Shown here piece by piece: positions 8,022-14,440 of a stretch of DNA of 24,219 nt; position 1 is the first letter of the stretch, and every line of letters starts with the position of its first letter. The position numbers and the translations under genes were made by a program. The stretch comes from a virus. Taxonomy: Duplodnaviria; Caudoviricetes. The notes below the pieces were generated by a model, which made no database searches, had not been told where the DNA came from, and worked only from the letters and a program-made list of their open reading frames with translations. The stretch is taken from the IMG/VR virus record IMGVR_UViG_3300010403_000051, positions 1 through 24,219 of that record. The stretch is one strand, 5' to 3'.

Positions 8022-8046
8022 GGCCGCACGTTCACCGCGTGCGGCC
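8022..8046. terminator. Intergenic hairpin (possible weak terminator or RNA-processing stem)
   Basis: Perfect 9-bp stem GGCCGCACG/CGTGCGGCC with a 7-nt loop in a rare intergenic gap; only short T tails. Confidence 0.45.
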
Positions 8047-8056
8047 TTTCGTGTGT

Positions 8057-8422
8057 TTACGCCGCTTTCTTCCGAAGCTCCTCCGGCCCGGTGATCACGA
8101 CGCCGATCGTCTGCGCCGCGTAGACCTCACAGGCCTGGAGAAAGTCGCGCATCTCCTCATAGGTGGTGTCCGAGAGCGTCACCACGCCCGGCGATAAGCA
8201 CTCGGTGCGGAAGATCGCGTCCATCTCGCGGAGTGAATAGCCGGTCGCTTCACAGCACGGACGGACGATCCAGCCGAAGTACCATTTGAGTTGCCAGTAC
8301 TGCTTCGCGTCCGCCGCACGGCTTACGCGAATCTCGAGCTCTTCCCCCTCGCCGATCCGCATCTGCCGCAGATCGCGCGCGTACTGGTTCGGGTCGACGA
8401 TCTGCAGCACGCCGCCAGTCAT
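8057..8422 (-). CDS. NinB/DUF1367-like recombination-associated protein
   Basis: QLKWYFGWIV...ATGYSLREMDAIFR...TLSDTTYEEMRDFLQACEVYAA...GV pattern. Confidence 0.6.
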   Translation of the reverse strand: MTGGVLQIVDPNQYARDLRQMRIGEGEELEIRVSRAADAKQYWQLKWYFGWIVRPCCEATGYSLREMDAIFRTECLSPGVVTLSDTTYEEMRDFLQACEVYAAQTIGVVITGPEELRKKAA

Positions 8423-8556
8423 GACCGCTGGCGCGCTGACGTGTCCCAGCGGTTTCGAATCGCGTCGAGCAACTGATCGCCGAGCAGGCGGCGCCGATCG
8501 GTCCGCTCGTTCCACCGCGTCGCGAGATTCACCCACAGCCACGTCCACCGATTCAC
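8419..8556 (-). CDS. Hypothetical protein, 45 aa (MNRWTWLWVNLATRW...)
   Basis: GTGA and ATGA coupled, GGAGG upstream. Confidence 0.55.
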   Translation of the reverse strand: MNRWTWLWVNLATRWNERTDRRRLLGDQLLDAIRNRWDTSARQRS

Positions 8557-8738
8557 CGGAGCGCCTCGCGCATCCGTCGCGCGCGCCGCTCTGGCCATGC
8601 AATCTGCTCCTGGTGGATGCGTCGCCGCAGACGGCGCTTGATGAACGCGGCGCGAATGTCGGCGACGATCGGCGAGACGAGCCACAGGGACAGCAGGATG
8701 GCGACGGCCAGCATCAGGTACGGCAGGTTATTGGACAC
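8553..8738 (-). CDS. Small single-pass membrane protein, 61 aa
   Basis: GAGGAG RBS; TM LPYLMLAVAILLSLWLVSPIV followed by a basic tail. Confidence 0.6.
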   Translation of the reverse strand: MSNNLPYLMLAVAILLSLWLVSPIVADIRAAFIKRRLRRRIHQEQIAWPERRARRMREALR

Positions 8739-8934
8739 GGGGATACTCCTCATCAGAATCGCCGGGGGTGGTCCACATCGGCCGGCGCGCGGCGTAGTCA
8801 CGACGCAGGCGGTCGCGTTCGGCTTCGCTCAGCCGATGATGGCGTAACTTCACGAGGGCCCAAGCAAAGACCAGCAGGACGAGCAAGCCGATGAGCGCGG
8901 AGACGTGCTCGAGCGCGTGGAAGAGCGTCGTCAC
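8728..8934 (-). CDS. Small single-pass membrane protein, 68 aa
   Basis: GGAGG RBS, GTGA coupling; TM VSALIGLLVLLVFAWALV. Confidence 0.6.
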   Translation of the reverse strand: MTTLFHALEHVSALIGLLVLLVFAWALVKLRHHRLSEAERDRLRRDYAARRPMWTTPGDSDEEYPRVQ

Positions 8935-9275
8935 GCAGCAACCCTCCGGCCGCAGGTCTTGCACTCGTGCTGAACGACGATGCGGCCGTCTACGGTCACG
9001 TTGACTCGTCGCAGCCGTCCACCACACGGGGCTGGTTGCGGATTCTTTTTTGAGGGCTCGACGACGAACTGGCAGCGCGGCGCGATCTTGATCTGCGGCT
9101 GCTGAATGCGCAGGCTGGCGAACCACGCCTTGGCGCGTGTCACAAGCGAGACGCGGGACTCGTCACGTACCACGCGCGGAGCGCGGCGAATCTCTCGACG
9201 CTGAACCTTCCGCACGCGCCGCGCCTGCTGCGCATCAGTCCGCCGTTCGTGCAAGGTGCCGAGGCGATACATCAT
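8931..9275 (-). CDS. Basic hypothetical protein with C-terminal Zn-ribbon-like motif, 114 aa
   Basis: C...CGG...ECKTCG; coupled at both ends. Confidence 0.6.
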   Translation of the reverse strand: MMYRLGTLHERRTDAQQARRVRKVQRREIRRAPRVVRDESRVSLVTRAKAWFASLRIQQPQIKIAPRCQFVVEPSKKNPQPAPCGGRLRRVNVTVDGRIVVQHECKTCGRRVAA

Positions 9276-9625
9276 TCGATCCCCACCGCCAGCAGGCTCA
9301 GCGACTGCACGGCATCGCGCTCTTGTTGCTGTTCGATGGACTCAACCCAATCGGCAATCCGCTCGCGGGTCCAGCGATGCTCGTCGTTGAGCGTGAAGAT
9401 GGCCTGTAAAAGCGTGACAGCAACACCATCAGTCGGCATCGGAACCGAAGCCGTTAAGAACGGCCATGACTGCTGCAACCCGTGGTAGTTGATGCCCGAG
9501 CCCCAGCACCAGATCCCAGTGGCCTCACACGCAGCCCTGAGCGCGCAACTGGCAATAACGGACGTGCCATCGAACGCTTGCGGCTTCATCATCGAACCAA
9601 GTCGGATCGCTTCTGAGAGCTTCAT
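9272..9625 (-). CDS. Hypothetical phage protein, 117 aa (MKLSEAIRLG...CAL...LNDEHRWTRERIADWVE)
   Basis: TGATG coupling; CAL and LND..WT...IADW motifs typical of a small phage family. Confidence 0.7.
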   Translation of the reverse strand: MKLSEAIRLGSMMKPQAFDGTSVIASCALRAACEATGIWCWGSGINYHGLQQSWPFLTASVPMPTDGVAVTLLQAIFTLNDEHRWTRERIADWVESIEQQQERDAVQSLSLLAVGIE

Positions 9626-10026
9626 CAATCGATCCCCACCGCGATCAGACTCAACGCCTGCATCGCTTCCCGCAACGCCCGCTGACCGAACTGTTCTTTG
9701 TGATGCAGCGCGACGTGGAACTTCCACACCACCACGGGTCCGCAGCGCAGGAGTTGCACGAGGGAGACGCACTCGCGGTAGTTCGGCGAGCGCATCCGGT
9801 TGATGAGCGATTCGGAGACGCCGACCAGATGCGCGGCTTCAGCGCTCGTCACGCGGGCGTCATCCAGCGCGCGGTCGAACAATTCAGACGCGAGGATGGT
9901 CGTGGCGTCCGGCTGCGAATCTTTTGTTCGGCCGGCGCGCTCGCTCTCTAAAGATGTTCGTGACGTCGCCTTGCCCGAAGGATTCGCAACTAGCGACGGC
10001 GGCAGGTTCAGTTGAGACTTGGACAT
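9625..10026 (-). CDS. HTH transcriptional regulator, CII-like by position
   Basis: TSAEAAHLVGVSESLINRMRS helix-turn-helix; located downstream of cro. Confidence 0.65.
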   Translation of the reverse strand: MSKSQLNLPPSLVANPSGKATSRTSLESERAGRTKDSQPDATTILASELFDRALDDARVTSAEAAHLVGVSESLINRMRSPNYRECVSLVQLLRCGPVVVWKFHVALHHKEQFGQRALREAMQALSLIAVGID

Positions 10027-10030
10027 GGAC

Positions 10031-10594
10031 TTAGGCCGCCGCGTGCTTCTGGGCCAGCTGCCGCCGCTCTCCGCGCAGGTAGAGCGAGACAAATCCTTTC
10101 GATACGCCGAGGTGCGTGGCGATGGCGACCTGTGTCGCCCCGCCGGCATAGAGGGCGTCGATCTCACGCAACTGGGCGGCGGACAACTTCTGACCGCGCG
10201 GGCGCGGGACGTGGAGCCGCCCCTTCGCCGCCGCGTCCTTCATGTTGTCGGCCTGCGTGCCGAGAAACAGGTGCGATGGATTGACGCAGATAGGGTTGTC
10301 GCAGCGATGCAGGACGCTCATCCCGTCAGGGATCGCGCCATGCGTCAACAGGTAGGCGTAACGATGGGTGTATTCCGGCCCGCGGTAACGACGTCCGTCG
10401 CGGGCGGTGCGTGTTACATTGATGCCGCCATAGCCGTCTGGCCCGTTCTTCGATCCGAGCCAGGCCCAGCAGTCGTCACGGCCGACGCCGCGGTCCACCC
10501 TGGACCAGAATCGACGCGCGTCCGCTGTCGTGAAATCAGACGATGTTTCACGGTTTGTGACGTTAGTGGAACATCTACTATACGACGTTGGCAT
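10031..10594 (-). CDS. HNH_3 endonuclease with C-terminal HTH (homing-endonuclease-like)
   Basis: RFWSRVD..CWAW..GYG..HRYAY..VLHRCDNPICVNPSHLFLGTQADNMKD; TQVAIATHLGVSKGFVS. Confidence 0.9.
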   Translation of the reverse strand: MPTSYSRCSTNVTNRETSSDFTTADARRFWSRVDRGVGRDDCWAWLGSKNGPDGYGGINVTRTARDGRRYRGPEYTHRYAYLLTHGAIPDGMSVLHRCDNPICVNPSHLFLGTQADNMKDAAAKGRLHVPRPRGQKLSAAQLREIDALYAGGATQVAIATHLGVSKGFVSLYLRGERRQLAQKHAAA

Positions 10595-10889
10595 TTTCCC
10601 GAACCATTCTGCGCCGAGCCTTGGTCGTGCGCCTGAAAGTCTCTTGTATTCGTGAAATCCGCGCGTCATCCCAGCGGGTCAAGACGTCCATGTCCACGCC
10701 GGTCACCATGTGGAGCGCGTACGCGTTGACGCGTGAGCATCGCCGCGAGCGGCTCAGGATCATTGAGAGCAAGGACTGGGAAATGACATGGCCGGTCTGC
10801 GCCTTGACCAGCGCCAGGAGCGTAAGACCGTTTGTGCCGGTCCGCTCCATCCAATCTTGCAGTGAGGTATAGGGTCGTCTTCGCTTCAC
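10578..10889 (-). CDS. Cro-like HTH regulator
   Basis: First gene divergent from the repressor; LQDWM...ISQSLLSMILSRSRRCS...ALHMVTGV. Confidence 0.7.
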   Translation of the reverse strand: MKRRRPYTSLQDWMERTGTNGLTLLALVKAQTGHVISQSLLSMILSRSRRCSRVNAYALHMVTGVDMDVLTRWDDARISRIQETFRRTTKARRRMVRENANVV

Positions 10890-10897
10890 GAATCGGA

Positions 10898-10925
10898 ACT
10901 ATATCACTAAGAGTGAACGGATCAA
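10898..10925 (-). promoter_or_regulatory. Leftward lytic promoter with operator palindrome
   Basis: Minus strand TTGATC-16 nt-TATAGT with extended TG, 8 nt before the cro GTG (leaderless); the spacer contains the palindrome TCACT-AAG-AGTGA (10904-10916). Confidence 0.65.
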
Positions 10926-10929
10926 GTGC

Positions 10930-10984
10930 TTTCTGTATACGCGCGGCAGAAACGTGAAAGTAGCAGTAAAACCAGTGATATACG
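10930..10984 (+). promoter_or_regulatory. Further operator-like sites and weak repressor promoter
   Basis: Inverted repeat TTTCTG-N11-CAGAAA (10930-10952); AGTGATA half-site (10974-10980) is the reverse complement of TATCACT at 10902; TG-a-TATACG lies 8 nt before the repressor ATG. Confidence 0.4.
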
Positions 10985-10992
10985 GGTATCCC

Positions 10993-11541
10993 ATGACCGC
11001 CTCCGACGCGACGGCCAAAGAGCGAGTCAGCCAACGGATCAAGGAACGCCTCGACGAGTTAGGCATGAACGCCCGAGCCTTCGCGCGGAAGATGGGCTAC
11101 AAGGACGGCTGGATCAACGCGATCAAGGATGGGCGTAATGCCCTGCAGTTAGAAGACTTGGACCGTGCGGCGTTTCACCTGCGCACGACCGCCGGCGACC
11201 TGATACGGCGGGGCGACGAGCTATACGATTTACGGCCGTCAGAGGCGCGCCTCGTTCGCGCACTGCGCCTGTTGCCCCCGGTGATTCAGGATTACCTGGT
11301 CACCCTCACCGAGTATTTGGTCGGCGTGCTACCCGAGGAGGTCGGACTTTTAGAGGAGTTCCGGGACCTGGGAGACGACCAGCAGGCGCAGATCCGCCGG
11401 TGGGTCCATGTGATGCACATTGCCGGTCCGCGTGGAGCGCACGCGCCAGAAGCGCCAAACCTTGACGATCTGTCGAGCCTAGTCCGCGGAAGTGGGCCAA
11501 CAACTCACGCTCCAGCACGCGGGCGGAAGCGTCCGAAGTAA
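10993..11541 (+). CDS. Phage immunity repressor, XRE/CI-like HTH, no S24 peptidase domain
   Basis: RIKERLDELGMNARAFARKMGYKDGWINAIKDGRNAL HTH; divergent from cro. C-terminus has two helical repeats. Alternative GTG start at 10954. Confidence 0.85.
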   Translation: MTASDATAKERVSQRIKERLDELGMNARAFARKMGYKDGWINAIKDGRNALQLEDLDRAAFHLRTTAGDLIRRGDELYDLRPSEARLVRALRLLPPVIQDYLVTLTEYLVGVLPEEVGLLEEFRDLGDDQQAQIRRWVHVMHIAGPRGAHAPEAPNLDDLSSLVRGSGPTTHAPARGRKRPK

Positions 11542-11578
11542 CCGTCGCCGTCAGCGTGAACGGGAGCACGCGCGCCAT
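11306..11578 (-). CDS. Antisense ORF overlapping the repressor 3' end; putative anti-repressor / repressor partner
   Basis: MARVLPF start with upstream GAGGA (alternative ATG at 11590); ERELLAHFRGLG matches the repressor's EVGLLEEFRDLG; has its own sigma70-like promoter. Confidence 0.55.
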   Translation of the reverse strand: MARVLPFTLTATVTSDASARVLERELLAHFRGLGSTDRQGLALLARALHADRQCASHGPTGGSAPAGRLPGPGTPLKVRPPRVARRPNTR

Positions 11579-11624
11579 GCGTAATTTCATCCTCGTGTGG
11601 GGCCGAGGTCCGTACGGCGCGGGC

Positions 11625-11654
11625 ATACTAGTGGGCCCACTTTACTGAGCGCAA
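11625..11654 (-). promoter_or_regulatory. Leftward promoter for the antisense ORF with a palindromic operator
   Basis: Minus strand TTGCGC-18 nt-TAGTAT; perfect 12-bp palindrome AGTGGGCCCACT at 11630-11641. Confidence 0.5.
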
Positions 11655-11753
11655 GAGCGGAGATCGTAATTGTTCTCCGAGACGCGCAATTCTTGTCCGC
11701 GATCGTCTGACAGCACACGATTTATCTTGCACCGTCCGATACAGTGATTAGGT

Positions 11754-12455
11754 ATGGCGAAATTCATCCCCTTGGCCGTCGCCCTGTTCCTTGCCGGCTG
11801 CAACGCCGAGCAACTAACACCGGTCGCCCCGTCCGCGACGACACCGGGAGCGCCCTCCACGGGGCCGCGCCTGCCCCAATTCACCGCCTTTGACGTGACG
11901 CTGCGCAACGGCACCACCTTCGCGATTGCCGATAGCGCCTGGCTGGGCTTCCTCTCCGTCCTGCCGCACGAAGGCGCGCTCATCACGACGCCGAGCCGCG
12001 TGCTGGTGGACTGCGGCAACGGCACCGTGATCAATCTGGGCGCCGGGATCGGCTCCGATATCCGCTTCAGTTGTCGGTGGGCCACCGCCGGAGATGTCGT
12101 CGTGCGGGCGGTGGTCGAAGCGCAGAACGGCGTGACGACCAGCGCGCAATTGCCCCTGCACGTCGAGCCGCCGATCGTCGTGACGGATCTCGTCTCGGTG
12201 GATATTGCCGTGGCGTCAGCCGTGCCGGAAGGCGGCGTGCAACGGTGGACGTTCACGCCCACGACCGTCGGCCCCGTCTCCTCGATCACGTGGGACTTCG
12301 GCGATGGCAGCGCCGGGCTCATCAACGGTCCCGCCTCGGCGGTGACGCATCACTACCAGCAGAATGGCGTCTACGTCGTGACGGCGACGGCAAAACTTCA
12401 GGATGGCAGCACGCGCGCCGCCGGCCGCGTCGAGATTCTCGTCTCCTCGCTGTGA
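11754..12455 (+). CDS. Lipoprotein with C-terminal PKD domain (moron / lysogenic conversion candidate)
   Basis: Signal peptide with lipobox LAGC (Cys16), Pro/Thr linker, Ig-like region, PKD motif ITWDFGDG...VTHHYQQNGVYVVT. Confidence 0.85.
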   Translation: MAKFIPLAVALFLAGCNAEQLTPVAPSATTPGAPSTGPRLPQFTAFDVTLRNGTTFAIADSAWLGFLSVLPHEGALITTPSRVLVDCGNGTVINLGAGIGSDIRFSCRWATAGDVVVRAVVEAQNGVTTSAQLPLHVEPPIVVTDLVSVDIAVASAVPEGGVQRWTFTPTTVGPVSSITWDFGDGSAGLINGPASAVTHHYQQNGVYVVTATAKLQDGSTRAAGRVEILVSSL

Positions 12456-12459
12456 TCCG

Positions 12460-12705
12460 TCACCAGGTCGCCAGGATCTGCGCGCCGCCGGTCACCGACC
12501 CGCCCCAGGTCTTCCCCACCCAGGCCTGGACGGTCCACGTCTCGTTCAGTTTGGCAACGACGGCGGCGTTGACGCCGGCATCGGTCGCCACGCCCACGAT
12601 CGCCCCGGACTTGCCCTGCGGTAAGGCGGCCACGGCTCGCTGAATCGACGCCGCGATGTCGGGGATGAGATGGTCGGGCGGCTGGTTGAAGACGACGCCG
12701 GTCAT
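12460..12705 (-). CDS. 81-aa protein resembling a YadA-type trimeric autotransporter membrane anchor
   Basis: ATGA-coupled to the endolysin; helix-AALPQGK followed by four amphipathic strands and a terminal Trp. Confidence 0.6.
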   Translation of the reverse strand: MTGVVFNQPPDHLIPDIAASIQRAVAALPQGKSGAIVGVATDAGVNAAVVAKLNETWTVQAWVGKTWGGSVTGGAQILATW

Positions 12706-13250
12706 GTAGCATCCGCGGCGGTGCCGGCCTGCACGCGGCTCCACGCTTCCGCGTAGTGGTGATTCCAGGCGGTCCGCAGTTGCTGCCGCTGCTCTTCGGT
12801 CCCTCGGGTATAGGCCCCTGGTTTCCAAATGGCGAGGTATTGCCGCCACGCCAAGTCGGGATTGTCCGGACCCGCCAGCGCCGGGGGAAACGTCCACAGG
12901 TTCAGCCGCGCCAGGCAGTACGCCAACGTATCGTTGTGCGTCATCGCTTCCCAGAGTTCCAGCGTCTGTCTCGCGATCGTCGCCTTCGGCACCCGGTAGC
13001 AGAGCGCATCGACCACGCTGTCCGCCGCGGCTTTCGTGCGCGCGTGCTCGAGCACTTCGCGCACGGCCACCGGCTCGAGCTGCCAGAAACTATGTGCCGG
13101 TCCGCCGTGGTACTGCTTCCGGGCGGTGAAGCCGTCGCCTTCATGCAAGCCGATGGCGAGGAGCATCGCTGTCGCGCGATCCGACGCCATCGCCGGCGGG
13201 AGGAGCGCGTAGGCCGCCGGCACCGTGAAGCGGTGGATGTGATCGATCAT
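12702..13250 (-). CDS. Putative endolysin, lysozyme-like fold
   Basis: MLLAIGLHE...RKQ..GGPAHSFWQLE...NDTLAYCLARLNLW...AWRQYLAIWKPG pattern; located after the tail genes. Confidence 0.75.
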   Translation of the reverse strand: MIDHIHRFTVPAAYALLPPAMASDRATAMLLAIGLHEGDGFTARKQYHGGPAHSFWQLEPVAVREVLEHARTKAAADSVVDALCYRVPKATIARQTLELWEAMTHNDTLAYCLARLNLWTFPPALAGPDNPDLAWRQYLAIWKPGAYTRGTEEQRQQLRTAWNHHYAEAWSRVQAGTAADAT

Positions 13251-14437
13251 GCCGGGAGCACCAACAGATACACCTGCCCGTCGACCATGTAAGTCGCGAC
13301 GCGCCCGCTCGGATCGAGATTCGCTTTGACGCGGGCGTCGTAGTCGTTGCTCCGCACGCCGTGGTCAATGAGCGGCGTCTCACCGGACCCGTCGAGCGCC
13401 ACGAGGCTCAGGTGCGTCTCGCCGCTATGGAGACACCGCCCGCCGCGGATCGACACGTAGCCCATGTTCCACGTCGGGAACAAATCCCGCCGCCGCCCGG
13501 GCGTGAGCGGCTGAGTGAGATCCCAGAGGACGCACGCGCCGTGGATGTTGTCTTCGCCGACCAGCAGATGCGGCCCGCAGTCGGAATGCCCCACCGCGCC
13601 GTCGGCGTCGCGCAGGATCTGCGTGTGCCGGGTGTCCAGGTTGATGACGCGGTTGTCGTCGTCTTCCTTGATGACCAGCCACCCGCCGTCAGGTGTCACC
13701 TGGGATTCATCGAGTTCGCCTTGCGCTGGGAAGTATTCCTGGCGTCCCTTGCGAAAGACGACCGTGCCGAGCGCGGGATAGGCCCCGTCGCTGACGACTC
13801 GTTTCACCGTCGCCGAGTGCGTCTGTCCGTCGTCGGAACTGTGCGCTTGCCAGAGGATGCAGCCGGGATGCGTGTCCGCGAGATCGAACACGACGCGCGC
13901 TTCGTTGGTGAAGGGACTCACGCGCATCAGCCGCGTCCCGTCGAGAAGATAGATCCAGCCGTTGGCGTCCCAGTACCACCCTTCGGTCGTGCCGACAAAG
14001 CCGAGCATCGGGCCGAGCCGTTCTACCGCGCCGGTCGTCAGGTCGACCTTGAAGAAGCGCGGCAAGCCGTCGACGTGCCCCGCGAAGACGTAGGCGGCAT
14101 TGCCGTGGATCCAGGCGTTGCTCCAGTAGCTGTACATGCGAGGGACGAAGTCCCCATCGCTGGCATCGGTGACGCGGATGACTCGCGGCGTGGCTGACGA
14201 GGCGGGCCCGGGGGCCGGCGGCTCAGGCACCGGGGCCGGTGGCCGTGGCTCCACCGGCGGCAGCACCACGGGCGGCCGGCTCGCCCCGAGCCCAGCTTCA
14301 TAGGAGAACTTGTCCCACACCGGCGTCATCTGCCCGGGCACGATCCAGTTGTCGTACACGACGTCATTCCCGTCACCTTCCCCTTCGGTGGTGATGGCGT
14401 GCGTGTAGTGCCCGTCCGGCGTGGTGAAGAGCGGCAT
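13247..14437 (-). CDS. Hypothetical protein with Pro-rich linker and predicted beta-propeller, 396 aa
   Basis: Repeated blade-like motifs (HSSDDGQT, VTPDGGWLVI, LDPSGRVATY); PPVEPRPPAPVPEPPAP linker. Confidence 0.7.
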   Translation of the reverse strand: MPLFTTPDGHYTHAITTEGEGDGNDVVYDNWIVPGQMTPVWDKFSYEAGLGASRPPVVLPPVEPRPPAPVPEPPAPGPASSATPRVIRVTDASDGDFVPRMYSYWSNAWIHGNAAYVFAGHVDGLPRFFKVDLTTGAVERLGPMLGFVGTTEGWYWDANGWIYLLDGTRLMRVSPFTNEARVVFDLADTHPGCILWQAHSSDDGQTHSATVKRVVSDGAYPALGTVVFRKGRQEYFPAQGELDESQVTPDGGWLVIKEDDDNRVINLDTRHTQILRDADGAVGHSDCGPHLLVGEDNIHGACVLWDLTQPLTPGRRRDLFPTWNMGYVSIRGGRCLHSGETHLSLVALDGSGETPLIDHGVRSNDYDARVKANLDPSGRVATYMVDGQVYLLVLPA

Positions 14438-14440
14438 CGG

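Noticed and set aside
11642-12325. 227-aa minus-strand ORF opposite the lipoprotein
   Set aside because: Shadow frame with no motif, unlike the antisense ORF at 11306-11578, which has a promoter and a repressor-like motif.
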